Assembly (NCBI GenBank): GCA_965199955.1
Contig: CBDATQ010000002.1
Span: 864,001 to 928,000 of the forward strand
Length of the DNA stretch: 64,000 bases
Reading direction: 5' to 3'
From: Spirochaetia bacterium
GTDB lineage: Bacteria; Spirochaetota; Spirochaetia; SZUA-6; Bin103
Made by a program: the position numbers and the translations under genes
Notes under the pieces: generated by a model
Told to the model about the DNA's origin: nothing
The model's database searches: none
What the model saw: only the letters and a program-made list of their open reading frames with translations
In this document: positions 20,140 to 30,462 of the stretch, in pieces
Numbering within the stretch: position 1 is the first letter of the stretch
Layout of the letters: the number at the start of each line of letters is the position of its first letter

Positions 20140-20646
20140 GTGGAGATTCCACGCTCGCGCGCACCCGCGACGCGTAACGAGCGCATCGCGGGACGCATCC
20201 TGTCGTCGCTTGTCGCGTTGACCACCACCTATTTCTTCGTGCTGCTCTACGACATGGTGAGCCCGGTGGTATTCGCGGCGGTCGACACCGGCAGCGAGCC
20301 GGCGACGCGGTCGACGACGCGGCGGTCGGCGGCCGGATCGCTGATCATGATCGTGCTGGCCGGTGGCTGGGCCTACGCGGTGTGGGTCTCGTTCCGCTAC
20401 GTCTGGTCGCACCGGTTCGGCACCGTCTACTCCCGCGCGGCGATGGCCATCGGGGTGGCGCTCGGAGGCGGCAGCGTCGTGCAGGCGGCGTTCGCCCTGC
20501 TGGTCGCCCTGGAGGTGGAGCAGGGCAGCCTCACGCCGGCCGTGATCACCGTTCCCGCGCTCATGGTGGCGGCAGCCGCGGCGCTCCTGCTCGGGCGCTT
20601 CCTGCGGCAGCGCTTTCAGCAGTCAAACGAATCACGCAACGCCTGA
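20140..20646 (+). CDS. Hypothetical 4-TM membrane protein
   Basis: Four hydrophobic segments; GTG start 6 nt after TACACT. Confidence 0.6.
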   Translation: MEIPRSRAPATRNERIAGRILSSLVALTTTYFFVLLYDMVSPVVFAAVDTGSEPATRSTTRRSAAGSLIMIVLAGGWAYAVWVSFRYVWSHRFGTVYSRAAMAIGVALGGGSVVQAAFALLVALEVEQGSLTPAVITVPALMVAAAAALLLGRFLRQRFQQSNESRNA

Positions 20647-20924
20647 CACGCGTCCGTCAGCCGCGCCTTGGAGAGCGTGGTGACCCGGCGCCGGAAGAAG
20701 TGCCGGGGCAACGTATGCACGTTGTCGAAGTTGACGACGCAGTCGGTCGGCACGCCGTCGTGACCGGGCGTCAGGGCGAGCTCCGATGCCAGCCCGCGGC
20801 GGGTTCGCGTCAGCGCGGCGACCACCACCGCGCCGATGCGCGCCGCGACCGGATCGCGGGTAAGGACCAGCACCGGGCGGTCGCCACCCGGCGTCGCGGC
20901 GAACCAGATGTCACCGCGCCGCAT
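20616..20924 (-). CDS. mazF: MazF/PemK family endoribonuclease toxin
   Basis: MRRGDIWFAATPGGDRPVLVLTRD..CVVNFDN. Confidence 0.9.
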   Translation of the reverse strand: MRRGDIWFAATPGGDRPVLVLTRDPVAARIGAVVVAALTRTRRGLASELALTPGHDGVPTDCVVNFDNVHTLPRHFFRRRVTTLSKARLTDACQALRDSFDC

Positions 20925-21162
20925 CGTCCCAGTCGTTCCAGTCCTCGGCCGGTCCCCAGTCGGCGACCATGGAGAGCGACGATTCGTCCTCGCCAGGCGG
21001 GTTCTCGAGCCACCGCCTGGCATCCTCTTCGGCCCGCAGTCGGAGCAGGCAGCTATGGAGCGCTTCGCGAAGAAGCCGCGAGCGCTTCATCCCCAGCCGG
21101 ACGGCCCATTCGCCCGCCGCTGCCGCATCCTGGTCGGGCACGCGAAAACTGAGCATCGTCAT
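20911..21162 (-). CDS. mazE: MazE-type RHH antitoxin
   Basis: MLSFRV..RSRLLREAL..ADWGPAEDWNDWDDAAR; overlaps the toxin start. Confidence 0.85.
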   Translation of the reverse strand: MTMLSFRVPDQDAAAAGEWAVRLGMKRSRLLREALHSCLLRLRAEEDARRWLENPPGEDESSLSMVADWGPAEDWNDWDDAAR

Positions 21163-21214
21163 ACAGTGACAGGTGCAGTGTAATACAATCCATGTCAACG
21201 CCGCCGCCTGCAGT

Positions 21215-21243
21215 TTGACTCCTTATCGCGGGTTTTCTACGAT
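21215..21243 (+). promoter_or_regulatory. Sigma70-type promoter for the oppDF-hydrolase operon
   Basis: TTGACT-17 bp-TACGAT. Confidence 0.65.
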
Positions 21244-21308
21244 CATGGCCCTGATGGGAGCATTCACGGCGTCGCGCGTCGTGCCGCGTACCTGCCGGAG
21301 CACGATCG

Positions 21309-23489
21309 GTGGCTGACACCCTCCTGGAGATCAACGACCTCCGCACCTACTTCCGCACCAAGGCGGGCGTGGTCCGTGCCGTTGACGGGGTGTCTTTTTC
21401 GATCGACAAGGGCAAGACCATCGGCCTGGTGGGGGAGAGCGGCTGCGGCAAGAGCGTCCTGGCCCAGTCGATCCTGCAGATTCAGACCTGGCCGGGCGAG
21501 ATCGAGGGCGGGCAGGTCATCCTGCACGGCGACAACGGCGGCGAGCGGGAGATCCTGACTGATCACCTTCCCAAGGCGGAGCGACTGCGGCAGATCCGCG
21601 GCAACCAGATCGCCTACATCCACCAGGAGCCGATGGCGGCGCTGAGCCTGCTGCACACGGTCGGCAACCAGCTCCGCGAGGCGGTGCTGGTCCACAACCC
21701 GGAGATGTCCAAGGATCAGGCGAACGAGATCGCCGTCAAGATGCTCGGCGACGTCGGCATCCCGCGCGCCGAGACCCGCCTGGACTCCTACATCTTCAAC
21801 TTCTCCGGCGGCATGCGGCAGCGGGTGATGATCGCCATGGCGCTCATCAACCATCCACGCCTGCTGATCGCCGACGAGCCCACGACCGCCATCGACGTGA
21901 CCATCCAGGCGCAGGTACTGGAGCTGATGCGCGACATCCAGCAGCGCTTCGACATGTCGATGCTGTTCATCACCCACGACCTGGCGGTCATCGCCGAGAT
22001 CGCCGAGGAGGTGGTGGTCATGTACCTGGGGCGGGTGGTCGAGCGCACGACCGTCACCCGCCTGTTCGAGAACCCCAGGCATCCCTACACGCAGGCGCTG
22101 ATCGGATCGCTGCCCAGCGCCGAGCACGAGCGGGGAGCGCTGGCCAGCATCCGCGGCACCGTCCCCGATCCGTACTCGCGGCCGACCGGCTGCGCCTTCC
22201 GCAACCGCTGCGACCACTTCATCGAAGGGGTGTGCGACCGCAACGTGCCGGCCCTGGTCGAGCTTGAGGAAAACCATGACGCCCGCTGCTTCCTGCACTC
22301 CGAGGAGATCGAGCTGGGTGCGGAGCCGGACACGGGCGTGGCCGACGAGCCCGCGGCGTCGAGCGCGGCCACCGGCCGCCACCGGCGTCCCGGTGCGCAA
22401 CCGGCCGGCACGCCGGAAGGGGAGAACGGGGACGGGACTGCCGCCGCGCGTACCGCCGTGCAGCGCGGCACCACCGGCGCCGCGGTCCTCGCCCTGGACG
22501 ACCTGCGCACCTACTTCCCGATCCGCAAGGGGTTTTTCCGCCGGCACGTGGGGTGGATCAAGGCCGTCGACGGCATCAGCTTCGAGATCGGCGAGCGGGA
22601 GACGGTCAGCCTGGTGGGCGAGAGCGGCTGCGGCAAGTCGACGACGGCGCGCAGCATCGTGCGCGCGGTCGATCCCACCGGCGGCCAGGTGCGGTTCCAC
22701 GCGCGCGACAGCTCCGTCCTGGAGGTCACGGACGTGGACCGGGACCAGCTCAACCTGCTGCGCCAGCAGGTGCGCATGCTGTTCCAGGACCCGTTCCAGT
22801 CGCTGAACCCCCGCTTCACGGTGGTCGACATCGTCGGCGAGCCGCTGCGCAACTTCGGCGTCGCCGACGGCGAGGGGCTCCGCGAGCGGGTGGGCGAGTT
22901 GCTGGAGGACGTCGGGCTCGACGCCCGGCACATGGGCCGCTACCCGCACGCGTTCTCCGGGGGCCAGCGCCAGCGCATCGGCCTGGCGCGCGCGCTGACG
23001 ATGAATCCTCGCCTGCTGTTGGCCGACGAGCCCACCTCGGCACTCGACGTGTCGGTGAAGGCGCAGATCCTCAACCTCATGCAGAAGCTGCAGGACGAGC
23101 ACGGGCTGTCCTACCTGTTCATCACCCACGAGCTCGGCATCGTCCGCCACTTCTCGGACCGCTGCGGCGTGATGTACCTGGGCCGCATCGTGGAGATGGG
23201 CACGACGGAGACGATCTTCCGCGACCCGCTGCACCCGTACACCGAGGCGCTGCTGTCGGCCGCCCCGGTGCCCAACCCGCGCGCCAAGATGGAGCGCATC
23301 ATCCTGGAGGGCGACGTGCCCGATCCGGCGGACGCTCCGCCGGGGTGCCCGTTCCATACCCGCTGTCCGTACGCGGAGGAGCGCTGCAAGACCGAGGTGC
23401 CGGCGCTGCAGCCCCTCGAGGAGGGCTCGGACCACACCGTCGCCTGCCTGCGCGCCGAGGAGCTGGAGCTTCGCGGCGTGCGCTGGTAG
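21309..23489 (+). CDS. Fused OppD-OppF-type ABC ATP-binding protein (two NBDs)
   Basis: Two [24 protein letters not shown], two HPYT..GC.F..RC tails; low-complexity linker. Confidence 0.92.
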   Translation: MADTLLEINDLRTYFRTKAGVVRAVDGVSFSIDKGKTIGLVGESGCGKSVLAQSILQIQTWPGEIEGGQVILHGDNGGEREILTDHLPKAERLRQIRGNQIAYIHQEPMAALSLLHTVGNQLREAVLVHNPEMSKDQANEIAVKMLGDVGIPRAETRLDSYIFNFSGGMRQRVMIAMALINHPRLLIADEPTTAIDVTIQAQVLELMRDIQQRFDMSMLFITHDLAVIAEIAEEVVVMYLGRVVERTTVTRLFENPRHPYTQALIGSLPSAEHERGALASIRGTVPDPYSRPTGCAFRNRCDHFIEGVCDRNVPALVELEENHDARCFLHSEEIELGAEPDTGVADEPAASSAATGRHRRPGAQPAGTPEGENGDGTAAARTAVQRGTTGAAVLALDDLRTYFPIRKGFFRRHVGWIKAVDGISFEIGERETVSLVGESGCGKSTTARSIVRAVDPTGGQVRFHARDSSVLEVTDVDRDQLNLLRQQVRMLFQDPFQSLNPRFTVVDIVGEPLRNFGVADGEGLRERVGELLEDVGLDARHMGRYPHAFSGGQRQRIGLARALTMNPRLLLADEPTSALDVSVKAQILNLMQKLQDEHGLSYLFITHELGIVRHFSDRCGVMYLGRIVEMGTTETIFRDPLHPYTEALLSAAPVPNPRAKMERIILEGDVPDPADAPPGCPFHTRCPYAEERCKTEVPALQPLEEGSDHTVACLRAEELELRGVRW

Positions 23490-23517
23490 CGGCCACGTCC
23501 GTCACGGCAGCCGCCCG

Positions 23518-24672
23518 ATGACCGCCGACCGCGTCCCCGACGGCTCCACGCCGCTCGACCCCGACTTCGGCGTGAGCCTGGCGCCGGCCGCGTTCGAGGA
23601 ACGGTTTCTCACCCTGCACAAGCAGCTCTTCGCGTCCGACACGCAGGGGTTCGACGAGGTCACCGTGCACGCCTACGCGCCGCCGTCCGGCAGCTACCAG
23701 GTCGACCACTGCTTCTTTCACGACGGCCGCGACCTGCACCTGTACTACGTGACCGGCGACATGCGGAACACGGAGGCGTGGATCGCCGCCTATCGCGCGG
23801 GCGACTACGAGAAGGCGAACCAGGTCTGCCTGGAGCCGGGATGCGGCCACGCCGTGGGTCCCGACCTGTTCGGCCTGCGGTACCGCGACACGCTGCTGTT
23901 CGAGCCGGAGGGCCGCTTCGACCTGGCCAGCCGCTCCAACGCGCAGGTGTTCGACTTCGACCCCGGCGGCCCGCGCCGCTACGGACTTCTCTACGGCGTG
24001 CGCGGCGGGGGGCCGGACGGCACGCCGTTCGTGGGCTTCAGCCTCACCTGGTCACCGGACCTGGAGACGTGGACGGCCGGGGAGGGCAACCCGGCGTGGG
24101 GGCCGCCGCCGTGGTGCAAGAAGGGATCGACCTGCAAGGACGCGCACGTCGTGCGCTTCGGGGACCGATACCTTCTCTATTACATTGCCATGGACCGGCA
24201 CGGATACGCCTGCATCGCGCTGGCCAGCACCCTCGATTGGCGGACGATCGACGACCACGGCGTGGTGCTCGCCCTGCCGCCGTCGCTGCGCGGCACCATG
24301 GGGATCGAGTCGCCGTTCGTGCTGCACCGGGACGGCATGTGGCACCTGTTCTACACCTACGGCGAGGGGCTCCATCACGCGGTCAGCCCGTCGCCGGACG
24401 GGTTCGTCGCCGCGCGCGGCAACACCTGGGACGTGGGCACCGGCGCCTACCTGCTGGGGCCGTACCACGCGACCGAGATCGTCGAGCAGGACGGCCGTAC
24501 CTTCCTGACCACCGACCGCAAGGAGCACACGCGCAAGCTCAACCGAGTCGCGGGCGTGTTGCGCTACCGCGGCTCCTACGAGGACGAGAAGACCCTGGAG
24601 GAGGGGATCTACGTCGCCGAGATCGAGTGGCACGGCGACCGGCCCGTGCTGCGCAAGCCCGAGCCGCCGTAG
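23518..24672 (+). CDS. Five-bladed beta-propeller glycoside hydrolase-like protein (GH32/43/130 clan-like)
   Basis: DHCFF..LHLYY, WSPDLETW, KDAHV, STLDWRT, ESPFV..GMWHLFY. Confidence 0.6.
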   Translation: MTADRVPDGSTPLDPDFGVSLAPAAFEERFLTLHKQLFASDTQGFDEVTVHAYAPPSGSYQVDHCFFHDGRDLHLYYVTGDMRNTEAWIAAYRAGDYEKANQVCLEPGCGHAVGPDLFGLRYRDTLLFEPEGRFDLASRSNAQVFDFDPGGPRRYGLLYGVRGGGPDGTPFVGFSLTWSPDLETWTAGEGNPAWGPPPWCKKGSTCKDAHVVRFGDRYLLYYIAMDRHGYACIALASTLDWRTIDDHGVVLALPPSLRGTMGIESPFVLHRDGMWHLFYTYGEGLHHAVSPSPDGFVAARGNTWDVGTGAYLLGPYHATEIVEQDGRTFLTTDRKEHTRKLNRVAGVLRYRGSYEDEKTLEEGIYVAEIEWHGDRPVLRKPEPP

Positions 24673-24684
24673 CCGCCGGTCCCG

Positions 24685-25593
24685 ATGGAGCTGGTCCTCA
24701 GTTACACCGCCGCCACGGCTGCCGCGGCCGGCAAGCTCGCCACCGTCCTGAACGCGCACCGCGCCCGGCGTGCGCCGACCACCGTCTTCGTGGCCGGCCG
24801 GGTCGCCGAGATCGAGCGCGAGGTGCTGCTGCCGGTGATCGAGGCGGCCGGCGACCTGGCCGACGTGAACAGCGCCACCTACCGTCATGCGCGCGTGCTG
24901 CGCAAGCCGCCGTGGTCGATCCCGCAGCCGTCCGACCGGCTGATCGCGGAGGAGATCACGCGCGGCGCCCTGGCGGTGCGCGAGACCCTGGGCCGGCCCT
25001 GCCGCGGCGTGCGTCCCGCCGAGGGGGCAGGCGCCGGTTTCCGGGGCTGGGCCGCGAACCTGTCGGCGATGCGGGACGCCGGCCTGCGCTGGTCGTCCGC
25101 CTACGTGCGCTCGACCTACGGCGACACCGCGCCCGGAGACCTGTGCGGCCCGTTCCGCTATGCCGACGAAGGGTACCCAGACCTGCTGGAGCTCCCCTCG
25201 CACGGCTGGCCGGACGCGGCCCTCAAGGAGCGCGACGCCGGAGCCCAGCAACGCATCGTGCGCTGGCCGAGTCCCTTCGCCTATCCGGACGGGCTGGTGG
25301 AGACGCCGGAGCAGGAGCTCGCCGTGCACGGCGCCACGATCGCCGCCGCCCGTGACGCCGGCCTGCCGTACTGCTGCCTGGCCTTCGACGCCGATTCCAC
25401 GGTCCGGCCCGAGGACCCGGGAGCGCGCGTCGTCGACCTGCTGATCGACCATGCCGCCACGGAGGGTCTGGCGCTCACCACTCTCGACGAGCTGGCCGGC
25501 CGCTTCGCTGCTGCCGCCCCGGCAACGCTCGCCGCCCCCGAGTTGCCGCCGAGCCGGGCGGCCGACTTCGACCCGGGCACGCTGTTCGCCTGA
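24685..25593 (+). CDS. Polysaccharide deacetylase (CE4/NodB)-fold protein lacking catalytic residues
   Basis: Collinear with the downstream paralogue (TVFVAG, DVNSATYRH, CRGVRP, LELPSHGW) but without the D/E and His ligands. Confidence 0.65.
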   Translation: MELVLSYTAATAAAAGKLATVLNAHRARRAPTTVFVAGRVAEIEREVLLPVIEAAGDLADVNSATYRHARVLRKPPWSIPQPSDRLIAEEITRGALAVRETLGRPCRGVRPAEGAGAGFRGWAANLSAMRDAGLRWSSAYVRSTYGDTAPGDLCGPFRYADEGYPDLLELPSHGWPDAALKERDAGAQQRIVRWPSPFAYPDGLVETPEQELAVHGATIAAARDAGLPYCCLAFDADSTVRPEDPGARVVDLLIDHAATEGLALTTLDELAGRFAAAAPATLAAPELPPSRAADFDPGTLFA

Positions 25594-26494
25594 TGCGCGT
25601 CGTCTTCACGTACGACACCGAGGAGCCGGGCCTGTGCATCCCGGCGTTGCGGGTGATCACCCGCGTGCACCGGCGGTTCGACGCGCCGATGACACTGTTC
25701 GTGGTGGGCGAGCTGGCCGCCGGCGCGGAGGGGCCGGCGCTCAGGCGCCTGCTCGACGAGACGCCGGATCTGCACGACGTCAACAGCCACACCTGGAGTC
25801 ACTCGCGGCTGATCTGCAAGAACCCGTGGTCGCTGCCGGTGAGTTCATCCATGCGGAAACCGCGCGCGGCGTGGCGGCGATCCGCGACCGGTTCGACCGG
25901 CCCTGCCGCGGCTTTCGCCCCCGCTCCGGGGCCGGCTGCGGCTTTCGCGGCTGCCCGGAGAACCTCTTCGCGCTGCGCGCCGCCGGCTGCGAGTGGAGCT
26001 CCGCCTACCTCAAGTCGGCCTTCGAGGACTCGCTGCCCGGCGACCTGCACGGGCCGTTCAGCTACGCCGGCGACGGCTACGACGACCTGCTGGAGCTGCC
26101 AGGGCATGGCTGGCAGGACGCGCTGGTCAAGGACTACGGGCGCGGCCTGCAGTACGCGGTGCGCTGGCCGTCGCCGTTCGCCTGCCCGCGGCGTCTGGTG
26201 GAGACTCCGGCCGAGGAGTTCGCCGTGCACCGGCGCACGCTGGACGCCGCCTGCGAGGTCGGCCTGTCGTTCTGCTGCTTCGTGCTCCACCCGTGGACGA
26301 TGATCCGCCGCCAGGATCCTGACGGCGAGTGCATCGACCTGCTGCTGCGGCTGGCGCGCGAGCGGGGGCACGAGGTCACCACCCTCGACGCCGAGGCGAG
26401 GCGCTGCCGGGAGCAGCCAAACCTGCTGTCGCCGGCGCCGCCAATTCCGCCGCAGCGCACGCGCGGCTACGATGTCGCCCGAAACTTCGCCTGA
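25593..26494 (+). pseudogene. Polysaccharide deacetylase (CE4), frameshifted near 25838
   Basis: FTYDTEE and NSHTWSH in one frame; EFIHAETARG..CRGFRP..LELPGHGW..VLHPW in another; about 10-bp deletion relative to the paralogue. Confidence 0.75.
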
Positions 26495-26511
26495 GCCGAG
26501 GTCCCCGGAAC

Positions 26512-27900
26512 ATGAGCGCAAGCCCGAACGTGATCGTTTTCTTCACCGACCAGCAGCGCTGGGACACCGCCGGCATCCACGGCAACCCGGCCGGCCTGAC
26601 GCCCAACTTCGACCGCTTCGCCGCGCGCGGCACGCACCTCGCCCACACCTTCACCTGCCAGCCGGTGTGCGGGCCGGCCCGCTCCTGCCTGCAGACCGGC
26701 CTGTACGCCACCGAGACCGGCGTGTTCCGCAACGCGATCACCCTCGACCCGGCCCTGCCCACGCTGCCCGATCACTTCCACGGCGCCGGCTACGACACCG
26801 CCTACGTCGGCAAGTGGCACCTGGCGCCGCGCGGCTGCATCGGCCCGGTGGCGGCCGAGCACCGCGGCCGGTACGACTACTGGCTGGCCTCCAACGTGCT
26901 GGAGTACACCTCGGACGCATACCGGACGACCCTGTACGACGGCGACGAGAAGCCGGTGGACTTGCCCGGCTACCGCGTCGACGCCATGGCGGACGCCGCC
27001 ATCCGCTACCTGGACGGCCGCGACGGCGGACCGCGCGACCGGCCGTTCCTGCTGTTCCTGTCCTTCATCGAGCCGCACCACCAGAACCACCGCGACGACT
27101 ACCCCGCGCCCGACGGCTACGAGGAGCGCTACACCGGCGCCTGGGTGCCGCCCGACCTGGCCGCGCTCGGCGGATCGACGCAGCAGCACCTGCCCGGCTA
27201 CTACGGCATGGTCAAGCGGCTGGACGAGGCTTTCGGCCGCCTGCTGGACGCGCTCTGCAGCCTGGGCATGGCCGACGACACCGTGGTGCTCTACACCTCC
27301 GACCACGGCAACCACTTCAAGACCCGCAACGGCGAGTACAAGCGCGCCTGCCACGAGTCGGCGATCCGCGTGCCGACCGCGCTGGGCGGCCCCGGCTTCG
27401 ACGGCGGCGGCCGCGTCGAGGATCTGGTCAGCCTGATCGACCTGCCGCCGACGCTGCTGGACGCCGCCGGGATCGAGGTGCCGGCTGCGATGCAGGGCCG
27501 TTCGGTGCTGCCGCTGGCGGGCGCCGGGCCGGTCGATCCCGCGTGGCCGGACCAGGTCTTCGTGCAGATCTCGGAATCCCAGGTCGGCCGCGCGCTGCGC
27601 ACGAAGCGCTGGAAGTACTCGGTGAGTGCGCCGGAACTGGACGGCGGCCAGGTGCCGGCGGCCGACCGCTACGTCGAGGAATTCCTGTACGATCTGCGCG
27701 CCGACCGCTACGAGCTCTGCAACCTGGCCGGCAACCCCAGGCATGCCGAGGTGGCGGCCCTGCTCCGGCAGCGGCTACTCGGCTGCATCCGCGACGTGGA
27801 GGGCAGGGAGCCGGTCATCGAGCCGGTCGCCGAGCATCGGCGATCGGGACAGATCAACCCGGAGCCCATCGACCTGGAGGAGCTCCGCCTGCCGGACTGA
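26512..27900 (+). CDS. Sulfatase (Cys-type, formylglycine-dependent)
   Basis: PNVIVFFTDQQR, CGPAR (CxPxR) followed by LQTG, YVGKWHL, SDHG. Confidence 0.92.
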   Translation: MSASPNVIVFFTDQQRWDTAGIHGNPAGLTPNFDRFAARGTHLAHTFTCQPVCGPARSCLQTGLYATETGVFRNAITLDPALPTLPDHFHGAGYDTAYVGKWHLAPRGCIGPVAAEHRGRYDYWLASNVLEYTSDAYRTTLYDGDEKPVDLPGYRVDAMADAAIRYLDGRDGGPRDRPFLLFLSFIEPHHQNHRDDYPAPDGYEERYTGAWVPPDLAALGGSTQQHLPGYYGMVKRLDEAFGRLLDALCSLGMADDTVVLYTSDHGNHFKTRNGEYKRACHESAIRVPTALGGPGFDGGGRVEDLVSLIDLPPTLLDAAGIEVPAAMQGRSVLPLAGAGPVDPAWPDQVFVQISESQVGRALRTKRWKYSVSAPELDGGQVPAADRYVEEFLYDLRADRYELCNLAGNPRHAEVAALLRQRLLGCIRDVEGREPVIEPVAEHRRSGQINPEPIDLEELRLPD

Positions 27901-27974
27901 GTGCGCGGCTCGGATGACCGGCCCGTTGTTGACAGAGGAATCGGACGCGCCGACACTTCCGAGCGGAAGCTGAC

Positions 27975-28613
27975 ATGGCCATCGCGGTTGCCTCTGAACA
28001 GGCCGACGGACTGCGCGTCGTCACGCACGACGACTGCACGCTCGCCGACTTGTCCGCCCTGCAGGGGTACTGGACCCAGGCGCAGTACCTCAAGCTGACG
28101 AATGACGGCAATCGCCTGATCGAGTTCACCGACGGACGCATCGAGTTTCTGCCCATGCCCACGCAACGACACCAGGCGATTTCGCGGTTCCTGTTCCGGG
28201 CCCTGGATTCTCTCGTTCGCGAAATCGGCGGCGAGGTGTTCTACGCCCCCTTGCGTCTGCGGATCCGTGACGGCAAGTTCCGCGAGCCGGATCTGCTGCT
28301 CGTCCGCGACGCCGGGGACCCTCGCTGTCGGGACGACTATTGGCTCGGTGCAGACGTGGTCATGGAGGTGATCAGTCCCGACAATCCGGACCGGGACGTC
28401 GTCGACAAGCGCATGGACTACGCGGAGGCGGGCATCCCCGAGTACTGGATCGCCAACCCCATGGACGAGACCGTGACCGTGCTCGTCCTTGCGGACGGAG
28501 AGTACCGGGAACACGGCGTATTCCGACCGGGAGAGCACGCCGCTTCGTCGGGGTTGCCCGGCTTCTCGGTCGACGTGCGGGAGACGTTTGGGCTACCGGG
28601 TCGACCTGGATGA
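27975..28613 (+). CDS. Uma2 family (DUF820) endonuclease
   Basis: IEFTDG, REPDL, EVISP, KRMDYAEAGIPEYWIANP. Confidence 0.9.
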   Translation: MAIAVASEQADGLRVVTHDDCTLADLSALQGYWTQAQYLKLTNDGNRLIEFTDGRIEFLPMPTQRHQAISRFLFRALDSLVREIGGEVFYAPLRLRIRDGKFREPDLLLVRDAGDPRCRDDYWLGADVVMEVISPDNPDRDVVDKRMDYAEAGIPEYWIANPMDETVTVLVLADGEYREHGVFRPGEHAASSGLPGFSVDVRETFGLPGRPG

Positions 28614-28711
28614 TCCCGAGGCGGACCGGCCGCCCGACGACTGGGAGTGCGGCCCGTACCGCAACCTCACGCTCTCAGGACGGCAGCCGCTCGCCGCGCT
28701 GCTCGCGCAAC

Positions 28712-28808
28712 GAGCATTCATGGACCGATGTGGCGTGACGGATCAACGTAATGCCACTTCACGACCCGCGGATTCTTGTTGTATTCGCGGATGTATCTCA
28801 TCAGCTTT
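28712..28808 (-). mobile_element. IS630-family transposase 3'-end fragment
   Basis: KLMRYIREYNKNPRVVKWHYVDPSRHI; 28734-28807 is 73/74 identical to 34183-34256 in inverted orientation. Confidence 0.8.
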
Positions 28809-28930
28809 TGATCGCGCGCATCAGGTCCCAGTCCGGCACTTCGGCGGACACGAACGGGAACAGGCTCCGGATGCGCCGCGACCGCTGAGCGGGTTGACGC
28901 CGTCGCGCCGGAGCTTCGCGGGGCTTCCCG

Positions 28931-28955
28931 TTTTCCGCAACTATGCTGCGGAAAA
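28931..28955. terminator. Hairpin with T/A tails downstream of the 29004 gene (possible bidirectional terminator)
   Basis: ttttccgca-actatgc-tgcggaaaa; a second hairpin ctgagga..tcctcag lies at 28978-29007. Confidence 0.4.
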
Positions 28956-29003
28956 GAGACATTTTTCCCCAAGTGAGCTGAGGATTCCTGGAATGGCGGG
29001 TCC

Positions 29004-30449
29004 TCAGGCGTCGCGGATGTAGACGGCGAACAGGCGGGCGTCCTCGGCGCGGATGCCGCGGAAGTCCAGCTTGACCCGGTACGGACCGAGCCGTGACGGC
29101 ACGGTCGCGCCGGGCGGCCACCGCACCGGCAAGTCCAGCCCGTCGGAGCCGATGACGGCGGCATCGCTGCCCGAATAGCCGGCGATCGGCCGGAAGCGCT
29201 CGTCGACCAGCTCGACGGCGATCTGGGAGTGCGGCCCAAGGCCGCTCACGTTGAGGCTTACCGCGGTATCGCCGGTCGGCTCCAGCGCGCAGCTCAGCGC
29301 GTGCGGGGCCGGCAGCGGCAGCAGCGTCTTCTCGCGGAAGACCGACAGCGAGCCGAGCCGGTCGCGCTCCCAGGTCGCCAGGCGCACGTCGCTGCCCGCC
29401 CACAGCTCGTACCAGAACAGGGTGCGGTCGCCGCGGTTGAGCATCCCCTGACCCTGCATCAGCGCCGGTGCGCTGCCGGGCGCCAAGCCGGGCTCCTCCA
29501 GCGCCGGGATGAACAGGAAGTCCGGCACCGGCTCGCGGAAGTCCAGGGCGTCCTGGCTGACCAGCAGCCCCAGGTCCATGGTGATGAAGCGGCGGTTGCC
29601 GCTCGGCGTGCCGTGCCACATGCCGTACACGCCGACGATCACGTTGCCGCGGTCCCAGCAGCAGGTGCCCAGGTGCACCTCCTCGGCAGTGTTCCAGTTG
29701 TGCATCACCTGTCGCGGCGGCAGGTTGTCGCGCCGGAAGCCGAGCGCCGACGCCTGCGTCCAGCGCTCGAAGTCGTAGGACGCGAAGGTCACCAGCTTGC
29801 GCGCCCGGCCCCACTGAGAGCCGTGCCAGCCAAACTCGTCCTGGCCGTTGACGTAGTAGCAGCCGCCCCACCTGATCAGGCCGGCCATCTCCATCGGCGG
29901 CCCGACCGGGTTGCAGTCGGGCACCTCCCAGCGCAGCCCGTCGGCGCTGAAGGCGACCGCCAGCCCGTTTCCGTACAGCCCCGACTCGATGCACATCTTG
30001 AAGCGCCGCGATGGGTCCGGATCGTCGGGGTCGTGGATGACGGGCGCGGCGCTGATCACCGGATCGCCGCCGAACAGGTCGACGATATTGTTGTCGCGGC
30101 TGCCGCCGTACTCGACCAGGCCGAGCGACGGCTTCTCCCAGTGCTCGCCGTCCTGGCTGACCGCGTAGCAGACGCGCCGGCCGCCTTCGTCGAGCGACCC
30201 GCTGCTCTCGTACCACATGCGGAGCTCGCCATCGACCTCCGCCACCGCGCCGTAGTAGCGCACGCCGGCGTCGTCCGGGGCGCCTTGCGGGCCGCGGCCG
30301 ACCACGATCGGGTTGGACTCGCCCGGCTCCTTGCCGGGCACCAAGTCCAGCTTCAGGCCCGTGGTGTAGCGGAGGCTGTACTCGTCGAAGGCGAACAGGA
30401 CCGCCTCGGCGACCGGCCCGTTGGTGCTGCCGTTGCGTACGTCGATCAC
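29004..30449 (-). CDS. Uncharacterised five-bladed propeller glycosidase-like protein with C-terminal beta domain
   Basis: LRMWY, YAVSQDGEHWEKPSLGLVE..NNIV, DPSRRFKM, SADGLRW, RDRLG. Confidence 0.65.
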   Translation of the reverse strand: MIDVRNGSTNGPVAEAVLFAFDEYSLRYTTGLKLDLVPGKEPGESNPIVVGRGPQGAPDDAGVRYYGAVAEVDGELRMWYESSGSLDEGGRRVCYAVSQDGEHWEKPSLGLVEYGGSRDNNIVDLFGGDPVISAAPVIHDPDDPDPSRRFKMCIESGLYGNGLAVAFSADGLRWEVPDCNPVGPPMEMAGLIRWGGCYYVNGQDEFGWHGSQWGRARKLVTFASYDFERWTQASALGFRRDNLPPRQVMHNWNTAEEVHLGTCCWDRGNVIVGVYGMWHGTPSGNRRFITMDLGLLVSQDALDFREPVPDFLFIPALEEPGLAPGSAPALMQGQGMLNRGDRTLFWYELWAGSDVRLATWERDRLGSLSVFREKTLLPLPAPHALSCALEPTGDTAVSLNVSGLGPHSQIAVELVDERFRPIAGYSGSDAAVIGSDGLDLPVRWPPGATVPSRLGPYRVKLDFRGIRAEDARLFAVYIRDA

Positions 30450-30462
30450 GGGCCAGCCTTGC

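Noticed and set aside
28614..28920. Coding-like scraps around the left IS630 fragment
   Set aside because: Too short to assign to a family
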